A stretch of 64,000 nt of DNA from Bacillota bacterium (GCA_963666425.2 OY762825.2:832001-896000); one strand, 5' to 3'. Counted from the stretch's first letter, positions 47,850 through 58,633 are shown. Notes: generated by a model from the sequence alone, not told the origin. Numbers and translations are program-made.

Positions 47850-48521
47850 CTATTTCAGCTTATTTTTCATGATCAGCTGCAAACGATGCAAACCAACCCG
47901 TTCGGCAGGCCAATCGGGACGCTGCATTTTTTGCGCCAAGACCGTTAAAAAATGCTGCGGACGCACAAAAAGGCGTGAACTCGTTTCCACTTTCAGCAGT
48001 AAAACCGCATCTTTCTCATCCCATTCGGCCGTGAGCACACCGGGCCGCAGATCCTGACGGATGGTTTTTCCTTCTCTATTTTGATAGTTAAAAACCAATT
48101 GTTTTTCTGCCAGCAGAGCGCTCAGGGCTTGCTCGAGCGAGGCAATTTCCTGGCTGTCGGCAGGGGGCAGCGTGATGCGATAGAGCGAAGCAAAAACCAA
48201 CGACATTAATGCCGGCGACTTTTCCGGTAAGCTTCCGATCTCACTGATCGGTAATCCTGACGGCATCTGTGCACTAATGCGCTGCAGAATATCCTGCAGC
48301 GGCAGTTCTTCGCTTAATTCCATTTCAATATATTCCGCTTCGCTGCTGACGCCGACTGCCAAAGCAGTTGCCAAACTCATCTTGGGGCGGGGATTAAATC
48401 CTTGACTCAAAGCAATCGGCAGCCGAGCCCGCCGCACTGCGCGTTCCCACACTTTGATCAAATCAAGATGGGAAATCCAACGCACTTCCGTATTTTTATG
48501 AAATTTCAAGAAGATTCGCAT
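47850..48521 (-). CDS. Radical SAM-linked protein (TIGR03936/DUF2344-like)
   Basis: RWISHLDL...RRARLPIALSQGFNPRPK...ALAVG..S..EY; start at ATG 48521. Confidence 0.88.
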   Translation of the reverse strand: MRIFLKFHKNTEVRWISHLDLIKVWERAVRRARLPIALSQGFNPRPKMSLATALAVGVSSEAEYIEMELSEELPLQDILQRISAQMPSGLPISEIGSLPEKSPALMSLVFASLYRITLPPADSQEIASLEQALSALLAEKQLVFNYQNREGKTIRQDLRPGVLTAEWDEKDAVLLLKVETSSRLFVRPQHFLTVLAQKMQRPDWPAERVGLHRLQLIMKNKLK

Positions 48522-48523
48522 TT

Positions 48524-50377
48524 TTACTGTTCCCCCTTTGCCATCAGGTTCTCTACGCCATAAGAGGGGCAGACCCCGCACAGACTGCAGTCTCCGCTGC
48601 GGCAATCGGGTGTCTCGAGCGCTTGCTCCGCCAAATGCCATTGATTGATCATCCATGCTTTGCTGATGCCGCTGTCCAAATGATCCCAGGGCAGAGCTGT
48701 CGTAAAATCAATCGTACGTTCGCTGTAGTGCTCCGGCACGATACCGCATTCCGCAAAAGCCTGACGCCAAAGATCCGGTCGGAAATATTCTGACCAACCG
48801 TCAAAGCGGGCACCCAATTGCCAAGCCCGCAGCACCACTTTGGCAAGCTGACGGTCGCCGCGGCTGAAAACTGCTTCCAGGGCACTGGTTTCCGCATCAT
48901 GCGTCGATAATTCGATGGCTCTGTCGCGCAGTAACCCGCGCAGAAAATACTGCCGGCGTTTGATTTCCTCCGGAGCAATCTGACCCATCCATTGGAAACT
49001 TGTATGTGGTTTCGGCACAAAAGTAGAAATACTGATGCCGATGTGCAGTTTGCTTCTGCGCTTTTTCTGACGGTAGAGTGCGGCAATTTTCTGCGCTAAA
49101 ACGATAATTTCCGCCAGATCTTCGTCTGTTTCCGTGGGCAGTCCCAGCATAAAATACAATTTCAAACTGCTCCAACCAGCGTCAAAGGCTCCGCCGGCTG
49201 CGTCGAGTATCTGCTGTTCCGATACCCTCTTATTAATGACGTTGCGCAATCGTTGGCTGCCGGCTTCCGGTGCCAGAGTTAGGCCGCTTTTTCGGACCTG
49301 CTGAACTTTATCCGCTAATTGAACGGAAAAACTGTCGACGCGCAAAGAAGGCAGCGCGATACCGATGCTTTCCTTGCGGTAGCGCAGCAATAACTGATCA
49401 ATCAGCGCCTCAATTTGCGTATAGTCCATGCTGGAAAGAGAAATCAGTGAGATTTCATCATAACCGGTACTGCGCAGCAACAGCTCCGCCTGTTTCAATA
49501 AGATGGGCAGCGAACGCTCCCGCACGGGACGATATAAGCAGCCGGCCTGGCAGAAACGGCAGCCGGCTGTACAGCCACGGAATAATTCGATCATGGCACG
49601 GTCGTGAATGATCTCACCGTAAGGAACAACCAGCGATTCAGGATAGGGTACGGTATCCAAGTCCTGTACGATATTGCGGCGAACCGGGATGGCTGCCTGC
49701 GGTACCAAGGGCTTGATTCCCGTAAACTGATTCGCTTCATCATAACTCGCTTCGTAAAGCGAAGGTACATAGACACCTTGTAAAAGTGCAGCCTGCAGGA
49801 GATATTCCTGACGTTTGACCGGCCCGTTTTGCTTGAGTTGGCGGTAGAGCTGCAATAACTGCGGTAAAATTTCTTCCCCATCGCCTAAAGTGATCAGATC
49901 GAGATAAGCAGCCACCGGTTCACAATTGAAAGCACCCGGTCCACCGGCGATCACGATTGGATCGTTATCCCCGCGGTCAGCTGCCAGCAAGGGAATGCCG
50001 CCCAAATCCAAAATGGTCAGCAGATTGGTATAGGTTAATTCATATTGCAGTGTCACACCTAAAAAAGGAAATTGATGCAAAGGCAGCCGGTTTTCCAGCG
50101 TCGTCAGGGCGGCGCCTTCCTGGCGCAGCAACGCTTCATAATCCGGCCAGGGCGCGTAAACCCGTTCCATGCTGGCCCATTCCAATCGATTGACGACATG
50201 ATAAAGGATCTTGGAACCTAAATGTGACATGCCCACATCATAGACATCAGGAAAGGCAAAAGCGATGCTCACTTCCACACTTTGCGGTGGTTTGACAACC
50301 GCATTCAGTTCCTGTCCCATATAGCGAACCGGTTTGCTGACGGTCGCCAGCAAAGCATCATCGAGTAATTTCGTCAT
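48524..50377 (-). CDS. B12-binding radical SAM protein (TIGR03960-like)
   Basis: KP.RYMG.E.N, FPDVYDVGMSHLG, RGCTAGCRFCQAG, C-terminal DC...C..CGVC. Confidence 0.9.
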   Translation of the reverse strand: MTKLLDDALLATVSKPVRYMGQELNAVVKPPQSVEVSIAFAFPDVYDVGMSHLGSKILYHVVNRLEWASMERVYAPWPDYEALLRQEGAALTTLENRLPLHQFPFLGVTLQYELTYTNLLTILDLGGIPLLAADRGDNDPIVIAGGPGAFNCEPVAAYLDLITLGDGEEILPQLLQLYRQLKQNGPVKRQEYLLQAALLQGVYVPSLYEASYDEANQFTGIKPLVPQAAIPVRRNIVQDLDTVPYPESLVVPYGEIIHDRAMIELFRGCTAGCRFCQAGCLYRPVRERSLPILLKQAELLLRSTGYDEISLISLSSMDYTQIEALIDQLLLRYRKESIGIALPSLRVDSFSVQLADKVQQVRKSGLTLAPEAGSQRLRNVINKRVSEQQILDAAGGAFDAGWSSLKLYFMLGLPTETDEDLAEIIVLAQKIAALYRQKKRRSKLHIGISISTFVPKPHTSFQWMGQIAPEEIKRRQYFLRGLLRDRAIELSTHDAETSALEAVFSRGDRQLAKVVLRAWQLGARFDGWSEYFRPDLWRQAFAECGIVPEHYSERTIDFTTALPWDHLDSGISKAWMINQWHLAEQALETPDCRSGDCSLCGVCPSYGVENLMAKGEQ

Positions 50378-50566
50378 TTTATCACCTATTCATTCATTTC
50401 TATTTTTCATATTTTTAGTATACACGAAGCGGCTTCGTTTGACAAGACAACGGCGTGGAATCAAAAAAGCTGCCGTATCCCCACCCGGTAATTGCTCTGT
50501 GGCAGAAGCAGCAGCGATTTTCACTTTCAGCGCGATCGAACAACTTTGTTGCTTATGATGGATTTT

Positions 50567-51766
50567 CTACACCGGTAGGGTTGTGCTGTTTTCTAAACTT
50601 TTATTTAGTACCAAACGGATCCAGATCAGATTGATCACAATGGAAACAGCGGCAAATAAAAATACAAAACGAATTCCAAGCCAGGTGCCAATTACACCGC
50701 CAATCAGCGGTCCCAAGGCGCCGCCAAAACCGTTAAAACTGTTGCTGATGCCAAAAGCACGGCCACGGAATTCCAATGGCACCGACGCGGCAATGATCGC
50801 ATTGACAGCCGGCACCACTCCGGCCAAAAACAAACCATAGGCAAAGCGCATAGCAGCAAAAACATAGACGTTATGCGCAAAAATCTGCAACAGATTCATC
50901 ATCGCCACGCCAGCCAAGGAGTAGGATAGCGTGTTGCGAAAACCGATTTTCTCGCCATAGCGTGCCCAAATCGGTGCTGCAATCACCGAAGCAATCCCGG
51001 CCAGACTGAAAATAATGCCGGAGTAGGTCGCGACATTGGCGCCGACACCCAATTGACCAATAAAAAGGGTCAGGACCGGCTGGATGATCATCAGCGACAA
51101 GGTGATCATCGTCTGCGTGACCAGCATCGCCATCAGGCTGCGATTGTAAGACGCTTCTTTTAAATCCTGCAGGATATTAGAACGCGGCTTATCACTCTTC
51201 AGTATTTTCTCCTGTACGCCGAATAAAACAACCAAGGTAGCTAAAACCAGAATGCTGCCGCCGATCAGCATGGTCTGACGCATGCCAAATGCCGCCGCCA
51301 ATAATCCGCCAAAGAGAGGACCAATCACACTGCCGGCATTGCTGGCGGTAGAGATCAAGCTCAAGGAGCGTCCAACGCGATGCTCCGGCGTATTGGTTGC
51401 TACCAAAGAGATCGCCGAAGGAATAAATCCACTGAGAAAACCATTTAATAAGCGGCAAACCAGCAGATGCCAAGGCTGCGTCGCAAAAAACATCAGGAAA
51501 TAAGTAAAAGCAATGCCCAAACCAGAGCGAATAATCATCGGCTTTTTACCAAATCGATCTGCCAAAGAGCCCCAAATCGGCGACATAATCGAACTGGTAA
51601 TAAAGGAAGCGGAAAAAATCAGACCGGACCAAAATTCCACATTGCTTTCCTGGCCGATTTCTTGCAGCAATAAAGGCAAAAAAGGTGAGACCAAAGAAAA
51701 ACTGGCACCTGCGATAAAGGTACCGATCCATAGAATATACAGGTTACGCTGCCATTTTTCCTCCAT
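50567..51766 (-). CDS. MFS transporter (MdtG-like)
   Basis: WQRNL..LW; motif A WGSLADRFGKK; about 12 TM. Confidence 0.9.
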   Translation of the reverse strand: MEEKWQRNLYILWIGTFIAGASFSLVSPFLPLLLQEIGQESNVEFWSGLIFSASFITSSIMSPIWGSLADRFGKKPMIIRSGLGIAFTYFLMFFATQPWHLLVCRLLNGFLSGFIPSAISLVATNTPEHRVGRSLSLISTASNAGSVIGPLFGGLLAAAFGMRQTMLIGGSILVLATLVVLFGVQEKILKSDKPRSNILQDLKEASYNRSLMAMLVTQTMITLSLMIIQPVLTLFIGQLGVGANVATYSGIIFSLAGIASVIAAPIWARYGEKIGFRNTLSYSLAGVAMMNLLQIFAHNVYVFAAMRFAYGLFLAGVVPAVNAIIAASVPLEFRGRAFGISNSFNGFGGALGPLIGGVIGTWLGIRFVFLFAAVSIVINLIWIRLVLNKSLENSTTLPV

Positions 51767-51912
51767 GACAAATCATCCTCTCCATCAATTGGGCTGTAAT
51801 GATCAGAACACAGTTATAATTTGCATTATAACCGATTGCCTGTCGATACGCCAGCAAGTTTTCTGTTAGGTTTCTGCTCTTTCCGGCTGCGCGGCAAAAA
51901 AAGGCGTTGTCC

Positions 51913-53049
51913 CTAATTATGGAACAACGTCTTATTGCTGCGCATGGCCACCGAAGTGACAATACCCAAACCCCATAAAACAGCCATTAAGTTCGAGCTG
52001 GCATAACTCATCAAAGGCCAAGGGATACCGGTGACCGGCATCACGCCCAAGGTCATACCAACATTAACCAGCAAATGAAACAACAGCATGCTGCCGATTC
52101 CGGCGCAAATCAGTTTTCCATAGCGGTCCTCAGCATGAAACCCAATATAAAAGATGCGGTAAATCAAGATCAGATAGAGGACAATCATCAGGCTGGCTCC
52201 GACAAAGCCAAATTCTTCTGCCAAGGATGAAAAAATCATATCGGATTGTTTTTCCGGTAAAAACTCCAATTGTGTCTGTGTGCCCTGTAAAAAGCCCTTG
52301 CCCCAAAGCCGCCCGGAACCGATTGCGATGATGGATTGAATCAATTGCCAGGTATATTTGGCGTAAGCCGAATTCGTTTTGTAATATTCCAGATTGGTAA
52401 AAATCAGCAGACGCACTTTTTGATACTCTTCCAAATGACCCCATAAGAGCGGGACTGCCGCGCAGCCGGCTGTGATCACACCCACGATATAGCGCCAATC
52501 GAGCCCAGCCACAAAAACCATGCCCAGCCAAATCGCCAATAAAACCAAACCGGAGCCAAGGTCCGGCTGCAGCAACACCAAACCCAAAGGAACCATCACC
52601 AGCAAAAGCAATGGCACCAGACAACGAATCGATTTTAAGCGATCCTCATCGACCAAAAGCTTTGCCAAAGTCAGACTCAGCATGATTTTTGCTAACTCGA
52701 CCGGCTGCAAACTCAAAGGACCTAACGGAATCCAAGACTGTCCGCCATAATTCCCTACCCGACCGAGAAACAAGACGAAAATTAAAAGACCGATCATGAT
52801 CCCATAAACCCAGCGGCTGAAAACATTCCAGATCGAATAATCCACCAATGCGCTCACCAAAAAAAGGACCGTTCCCAAAAACATAGCCAGCAGATGACGA
52901 ATGATATAGTAATAAGGCTGGTCTTCTACCAAATCACGGCTGGCGCTGTAAATCACAAAGCTGCTGACAATCAGGAAAATGATCATGATCCCAATCAGCT
53001 GCCAATCTGCATTTTTCAATATTCGTCGATCGAAATGAAAGAAATTCAT
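51913..53049 (-). CDS. rodA: Rod shape-determining SEDS protein
   Basis: QPVELAK, QPDLG, QS..AIGSG, PVTGIP; located in the mre operon. Confidence 0.9.
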   Translation of the reverse strand: MNFFHFDRRILKNADWQLIGIMIIFLIVSSFVIYSASRDLVEDQPYYYIIRHLLAMFLGTVLFLVSALVDYSIWNVFSRWVYGIMIGLLIFVLFLGRVGNYGGQSWIPLGPLSLQPVELAKIMLSLTLAKLLVDEDRLKSIRCLVPLLLLVMVPLGLVLLQPDLGSGLVLLAIWLGMVFVAGLDWRYIVGVITAGCAAVPLLWGHLEEYQKVRLLIFTNLEYYKTNSAYAKYTWQLIQSIIAIGSGRLWGKGFLQGTQTQLEFLPEKQSDMIFSSLAEEFGFVGASLMIVLYLILIYRIFYIGFHAEDRYGKLICAGIGSMLLFHLLVNVGMTLGVMPVTGIPWPLMSYASSNLMAVLWGLGIVTSVAMRSNKTLFHN

Positions 53050-53064
53050 CTCTTTATCATCACC

Positions 53065-53880
53065 TTAATCATGAAATCCTGTTTCTTTTCGGAATAAGTC
53101 CGTCAGCTGGGCAAAGAAACCTCGTTTGATCTGTATTTGTGTTTCCTGTCTGGGAAAGCCGATTTTCTCTCCCAATAAACGGCGGGCAATCCTGCGGAAA
53201 CTCTGGGAAGCAATCGATTGATCTGACAATACCAATAACTCCCCCTGATTGGCGGCTCGAGTAGAACCGACATCTTCAGGTACAATTCCCAACAACATAG
53301 CAGGGATGATCTGACAAATGCTCTCGATATCCAGCATATCCCCCCGCTGCATGGCTTGAAACTGAACTCGGTTGATAATCAGGTAGATTTCTGCACTGCT
53401 GTAGCGCGCTGCTTCCAGCAAAGTTCGCCTGGCATTTTGCACCGCAGCAATGTCAGGGATCGTGACGCAAATTAAGGCATCCGCTTGGCTGATGGCAAGA
53501 CGGTAAAAGTCCCCCAATCCGGCAGGACAATCAAGCAGGATAAAATCATACTGATCGCGCAACTGCCGCAGCAATTCGGTCGTTTCAAAGACAGGAAGTT
53601 CTGCCACTTTTCCAGCCGCTGCTAAAAAAAACAGGGTAGGAAAATACGGTACCGCTAAAATCGCTTCCTCTGCCGTGCAAATATGCTGGATGACATGGAA
53701 GAAATCCAGAGAAACCTGCGTTTCCAGACCAAGCAACAGATCCAGATTTCGTAAACCCGCGTCACCATCAATCAGCAGGACTCTCTTTCCCTGCATAGCC
53801 AAAGCCGCACCCAAATTAGCAGTCACTGTCGTTTTGCCCGTGCCTCCTTTTCCGGAAGCAATCGCATAAATTTTACCCAT
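53065..53880 (-). CDS. minD: Septum site-determining ATPase
   Basis: SGKGGTGKTT, D.DAGLRNLDLLLGLE, DCPAG, C-terminal amphipathic GFFAQLTDLF. Confidence 0.85.
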   Translation of the reverse strand: MGKIYAIASGKGGTGKTTVTANLGAALAMQGKRVLLIDGDAGLRNLDLLLGLETQVSLDFFHVIQHICTAEEAILAVPYFPTLFFLAAAGKVAELPVFETTELLRQLRDQYDFILLDCPAGLGDFYRLAISQADALICVTIPDIAAVQNARRTLLEAARYSSAEIYLIINRVQFQAMQRGDMLDIESICQIIPAMLLGIVPEDVGSTRAANQGELLVLSDQSIASQSFRRIARRLLGEKIGFPRQETQIQIKRGFFAQLTDLFRKETGFHD

Positions 53881-53921
53881 TTTGTCACCCCCTTAGTCAT
53901 GGTTTGCTACCGCTGGCTGCA

Positions 53922-55868
53922 CTAATTGATGAATTGTAGATTCAGCTTCGAGTTGCCAAAATACTGCCGGATCAATTGGGATACCGTTGGCGCACAAGCG
54001 GAACTGCCGCTGCGCCCGGCTTCAACCGACATCGTGATGGTAATCTTTGGATTGTCTGCCGGTGCATAAGCCGAAAACCAGGCATCCGCCTTTAAATCAT
54101 AGGGATCATTGGCGACCTGAGCCGTACCTGTTTTAGCCGCAACATCATAAGGTAAATCACGCCATAAATAGAGTGCAGCCTGGGTTCCGAAACTGGCCGT
54201 TTCGGAAGTGCCGCCTGCTTTGGTAACTCCAACTAAACCTTCCTGAATAGCATTCCAAGTGGAGTCTTTCAGTTCAATGCTCCCCATCAGGGTCTTTTGA
54301 TAAACCTGTTCCGTGCTGCCATCGGCATTCTTGATATAATCGACCAAAGCGGGTGCATATCGCTCGCCTTTATTGGCAATTTGCGCCATGACATCCACCA
54401 TTTGCAGAGGCGTAAATGCGCTGAATTCCTGACCGATAGCGGAGAAAATAGTTTCTCCTTCATACCAGGGTTCATCGTTAATCAATCCATTTTCCGAAGC
54501 CCAGATTTTATATTCCGGATTGGAGCGATGGGTGAAACTATAGTCATTTTCCGCTTCATATAGTAAATCTTTGAAACCGGTATCCTCTCCCAAGCCAAAG
54601 AGTGAAGCATAATAATCCAGCCGATCGATACCAATCCGACGCCCCATTTCATAAAAGAAAACGTTACAGGAATGGGAAAGGGCCTGGATTCCGGTCAGCG
54701 ATCCATGGCTATTGGGATAGACCCAGCACTTAGGCGGGTTGTCCGAATCTAAAACATCGTAATAACCTTTACATTCATACGTTTCGTTCAGTTGTAAGAC
54801 ACCGGTTTCCAAAGCAGCGGCTAATGTGATTGGTTTAAAAATAGAACCCGGAGCTAAAGCCGCCAAGACTGTTCGATTCATCATCGCATTGGGATAAGTT
54901 TGCGAACCAATCAAGTACTGCAGACGTTTTCCTTCATCCGTTAATACACCAAATTGCCAGGCGTTGGGGTCATAATCGGGATAGCTGGCCATCGCTAAAA
55001 TCCGACCCGTCTCATTTTCCAGCATGACAAGAGAACCGCTGTAGGCAGATAGAGCCTGATAGGAGGACCATCCCTGCTTGCGGATCGTCGTCAGTGATTT
55101 TTCCAAACACTCTTCGGCTGTCAGTTGTAAATCAATGTTCACGGTCAAATGAAGATCCCGACCGGCCACCGGCTCGATACGCTCCAGAACACGGATCAGA
55201 TTATCCTGTGAATCAACTTCCACAACCAAACCGCCGTCTGTACCGCGCAGCACCGACTCATACGAACGTTCCAAACCGGCACGGCCAACCAAATCGCCGG
55301 CTTGATACCCTTGATTGGCAGCCCAACCATCCAAATCGTCCTGAGAAATTTCCGCCAAGTAACCTAAGACATGAGCAAGTGTCGCGCCGTAGGTATATTC
55401 CCGCACCGGCAGACTGTCGATGTAAACACCAGGCAGACTGTCACTTTGTTCTTTCACTCGCGTCACTGTCGTGAAATCCACATCCACGGCTACATTGACA
55501 GGTTCCGCCCTTGTTTCCCGGTTATTCACTTTATCCAAAATAGTTTCCACCGGCAGATTCAGCAAGCTTGCCAGGAGTTCGGCCGACTGCCGCACCTTTT
55601 CTTCGCCCAAATCGATCATCCTGACGGTATAAGCAGCCCGGCTGGTTACCAGCAGTTTGCCATTGCAGTCGTAGATATCGCCGCGTTGAGCCAGCACGGT
55701 CAGGACTCGGATCCGGTTTCCTTCTGAAGAGGAATCGTATTCCTCTCCCTTCACGATTTGCAGATAAAAAAGTCTGCCAATCAACAGCACCCCAACCGCA
55801 ACGATGAAGATCACGATAAAACGAAAACGTCTGCGGTTGCTCATTTCAGCAAGATACTCCGGATTCAT
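53922..55868 (-). CDS. mrdA: Penicillin-binding protein 2 (class B)
   Basis: RGDIYD, GRAGLE, PGSIFK (SxxK), SCN, KTGTAQ. Confidence 0.9.
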   Translation of the reverse strand: MNPEYLAEMSNRRRFRFIVIFIVAVGVLLIGRLFYLQIVKGEEYDSSSEGNRIRVLTVLAQRGDIYDCNGKLLVTSRAAYTVRMIDLGEEKVRQSAELLASLLNLPVETILDKVNNRETRAEPVNVAVDVDFTTVTRVKEQSDSLPGVYIDSLPVREYTYGATLAHVLGYLAEISQDDLDGWAANQGYQAGDLVGRAGLERSYESVLRGTDGGLVVEVDSQDNLIRVLERIEPVAGRDLHLTVNIDLQLTAEECLEKSLTTIRKQGWSSYQALSAYSGSLVMLENETGRILAMASYPDYDPNAWQFGVLTDEGKRLQYLIGSQTYPNAMMNRTVLAALAPGSIFKPITLAAALETGVLQLNETYECKGYYDVLDSDNPPKCWVYPNSHGSLTGIQALSHSCNVFFYEMGRRIGIDRLDYYASLFGLGEDTGFKDLLYEAENDYSFTHRSNPEYKIWASENGLINDEPWYEGETIFSAIGQEFSAFTPLQMVDVMAQIANKGERYAPALVDYIKNADGSTEQVYQKTLMGSIELKDSTWNAIQEGLVGVTKAGGTSETASFGTQAALYLWRDLPYDVAAKTGTAQVANDPYDLKADAWFSAYAPADNPKITITMSVEAGRSGSSACAPTVSQLIRQYFGNSKLNLQFIN

Positions 55869-55883
55869 GATTTCATCACCAAC

Positions 55884-56396
55884 TTATTTCTTTAATAGCG
55901 CTTCTCCGCGCGACAGCCAGTGTACTAAATAACGCAGCAGATAATAAATTAAACTAAAAATCACCAGTTGCTGCAGAAATAAAATGCCGATTCCTTTCCA
56001 ATAAGTGCCTTTTGGCCAAAACACACCACCATAAAACAGCCAATAGCAAATGCGCTGGATCAATTCATCCAGCAAAAAAAGCGTGGAAGCAGCCAGCAAG
56101 GGGACTCCCAGCTGATTTTCAATATACATGTCATGCAGCTTTCCCGCTGCAAAACCACAGAGCCCTTTCATGATGATTTGCAGACCAAAGGGCTGTCCAA
56201 TCAAGCAATCGCACAGCAAGCCGGCGGTCAAACCGAAAATCAAACCTTCATTGGATCCTTTTAGCAAAGCGAAAGCAATCACTAATAAAAGCATTAAATC
56301 GACCTTTAGCCTTGCTAAGAGAAAATTGGGTAAGACGATAATCTGCAGCAACAAGAACATGGTGATGATCAGCAGCCAAAATACCCTCTGCTTCAC
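55884..56396 (-). CDS. mreD: Rod shape-determining protein MreD
   Basis: Hydrophobic; GLIFG..AGLLCD; gene position. Confidence 0.85.
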   Translation of the reverse strand: MKQRVFWLLIITMFLLLQIIVLPNFLLARLKVDLMLLLVIAFALLKGSNEGLIFGLTAGLLCDCLIGQPFGLQIIMKGLCGFAAGKLHDMYIENQLGVPLLAASTLFLLDELIQRICYWLFYGGVFWPKGTYWKGIGILFLQQLVIFSLIYYLLRYLVHWLSRGEALLKK

Positions 56397-57277
56397 TGCG
56401 TCACCCCACTTGCAATACTGTTGGTAGGCACTGTCGGCACCGACTGCACATTGCGCAAGATCATCACTTCATAGAGACTATAGAAATCGGTAATCATTTC
56501 TATCTCTGCGGTCTGATGCATACCGGATACTTCCTCTTCACAGCGGACGACTTTGCCAATCACCAAGCCTTCCGGATAGATGTCGCTTAAGCCGGAAGTG
56601 ACTACCAAATCTCCCTCTTTCACCACTGCGTCGGATGAAATAAAAGACATGGTTAAGGTTGGTGTCTGAGCCCCGTTGCCGCTGACAATGCCAAGGCAGC
56701 CACTGGATTGAATACGAACCCCAACAGAGGAAAGCTCATCAGTCAGCAGCATCAATTCGGCGGTAGTCTCCGTCACCTGAACGATTTTGCCAATCAGCCC
56801 CGAAGTGGAAACAGCCACCATATTCTTTGTGATGCCATCCTTGCTGCCCAATCCCAAGACGTAGCGGCTGGACCAGTTCGAAACCGGCCAACCAATGATT
56901 TTAGCGATTTCGATTTCATACTGCAAATTGGTTTGTTTAAAATCCAACATTTGCTGCAGCCGCTGGTTTTCCGCTTCCACTGTCAGCATTCTGGAATAAG
57001 CCTGCAGGAGGAGATCATTCTGTTCTTTCAATTCTATATTTTCATCTTTTAGTGTTTGTAGAGCACGCAGCGTTTCAATGGATTCTCTCCACCAATCAAA
57101 AACTTCAGCCGACCAGTTCTGCATCGGAGCCAAAACATCGCGAGTAAGACCCTGAACCGTACTGCTGATACTGCTGGTACGCACATCAAAAGCTATCATT
57201 AAGCAAAGCAAAATAACGCCTGCAATGATCCCAAGAGTGAAGCGATCCTTTTTTGGCGCTTGGTTTTGATTTTGCAT
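56393..57277 (-). CDS. mreC: Rod shape-determining protein MreC
   Basis: TM and coiled coil (ENQRL); GSKDGI, GD.VVTSG...YPEG..IG. Confidence 0.92.
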   Translation of the reverse strand: MQNQNQAPKKDRFTLGIIAGVILLCLMIAFDVRTSSISSTVQGLTRDVLAPMQNWSAEVFDWWRESIETLRALQTLKDENIELKEQNDLLLQAYSRMLTVEAENQRLQQMLDFKQTNLQYEIEIAKIIGWPVSNWSSRYVLGLGSKDGITKNMVAVSTSGLIGKIVQVTETTAELMLLTDELSSVGVRIQSSGCLGIVSGNGAQTPTLTMSFISSDAVVKEGDLVVTSGLSDIYPEGLVIGKVVRCEEEVSGMHQTAEIEMITDFYSLYEVMILRNVQSVPTVPTNSIASGVTQ

Positions 57278-57337
57278 GCTGAAGCCTCCTTGAGAAAAAC
57301 CTATATCTTCCAATGAATTATATCTATCGCGTCGGAA

Positions 57338-58039
57338 CTAAAAATTCTTGCTGTCACGCAAACTAAGCCATTTGCCATGGCCAATCACCAAGTGATCCAA
57401 CAATGGAATCCCCATCACTTTACCCGCTTCTACCAGATTTTGCGTTACTTTCACATCTTCCGCACTGGGGGTCGGATCGCCGCTGGGATGGTTATGAGCT
57501 ACGATGATTCCGGCTGCGGCGTGCTGCAGTGCTGACTTAAAAACTTCGCGCGGATGCACCACCGTGGAATTCAGCGTACCAATAAATACGACATCCTGAT
57601 GAATCAACTGATTTTTGCTGTTCAGTGAAAGCACCAAGAACTTTTCCTGATCCTCCTGTCGCAGCAAAGGCATTAAAAAAGCAGCAACCTGCTCAGGACT
57701 TTTCAAGGTGAGCTGGTCTTGCGGTGCTGCCATCCGCAAGGCAATCTCCAACAGAGCGGCCAATTCGGCTGCTTTTGCCTTGCCTAAACCCTTTTCCTGA
57801 TATAATTGTTGATAATCCAAATGAGCCAATCCCCGTAAGCCGCCATATGTCTGCAAAAGCCTGGTGGCTAAGCTCATGACATCGGTACCTTTATAACCGG
57901 TACGCAGTAAAATAGCCAAGAGTTCTTCATCCCGAAGTCTCTTCACTCCTTCTGTCTGCAGCCGCTCGCGCGGTTTACTTTCCTGTGGCAAGAGATGAAA
58001 ATAATTATTGTTTTCGCCATTCTGATCCATTGGCATCAC
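57338..58039 (-). CDS. radC: RadC/JAB-domain protein
   Basis: PRERL, ELLAILLRTG, VHPREVF, HNHPSGDPTPS.ED, LLDH. Confidence 0.95.
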   Translation of the reverse strand: MMPMDQNGENNNYFHLLPQESKPRERLQTEGVKRLRDEELLAILLRTGYKGTDVMSLATRLLQTYGGLRGLAHLDYQQLYQEKGLGKAKAAELAALLEIALRMAAPQDQLTLKSPEQVAAFLMPLLRQEDQEKFLVLSLNSKNQLIHQDVVFIGTLNSTVVHPREVFKSALQHAAAGIIVAHNHPSGDPTPSAEDVKVTQNLVEAGKVMGIPLLDHLVIGHGKWLSLRDSKNF

Positions 58040-58055
58040 CTATGTCTGCTTCCCT

Positions 58056-58622
58056 TTAAGACTGCACCAATTCGATCAAGCGGCACAAACGATAAAGAGG
58101 CAGTCCCACTACATTATTGTAACAGCCGTCTATTTTCTCGATGAACCTGGCTGCAGTTCCCTGAATTGCGTAAGCGCCGGCTTTTCCCATCGGTTCGTCA
58201 CTGGCTGCATACTGCCGCAGCAACTCCTCCGAAGGATTTCCCATCGTAACATGTGTCACTTCTACCGCTTCCACTTGTTTACCGGTAAAGGTATCCAGCA
58301 CGACGATGCCGGTCATAACCTGATGTTTCTTGCCAGCCAATTGCTGCAGCATGCGCAAAGCATCTTCATGATCGCTGGGTTTGCCTAAACACCGGCCATT
58401 CAAAACAACAAGCGTATCCGCTCCGATCACCACAGCATCCGGGTGACGCTGCGCTGCATCGGCAGCTTTTTGCCGTGCCAAGCACAGCACCGTCTCTTCC
58501 GGCGATAATCCAGCCGGAACCAGCTCCTCAAGATGGCTGGGATCAATTTGAAAGGGCAGATGAATTTGCTGCAGTAATTCTTTTCTGCGGGGAGAATTGC
58601 TGGCTAAGACGAAAGCTTTCAT
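58056..58622 (-). CDS. maf: Maf nucleotide pyrophosphatase
   Basis: LASNSPRR, GADT, KP, KAGAY.IQG, NVVGLP. Confidence 0.95.
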   Translation of the reverse strand: MKAFVLASNSPRRKELLQQIHLPFQIDPSHLEELVPAGLSPEETVLCLARQKAADAAQRHPDAVVIGADTLVVLNGRCLGKPSDHEDALRMLQQLAGKKHQVMTGIVVLDTFTGKQVEAVEVTHVTMGNPSEELLRQYAASDEPMGKAGAYAIQGTAARFIEKIDGCYNNVVGLPLYRLCRLIELVQS

Positions 58623-58633
58623 CAGAATACTCC

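Noticed and set aside
47850-50377. B12 radical SAM pair as a second RiPP system
   Set aside because: A widespread core pair beside rplU, with no adjacent precursor peptide
57338-58039. radC as a mobile-element or defence marker
   Set aside because: It is the full-length chromosomal radC in its normal maf-mre context
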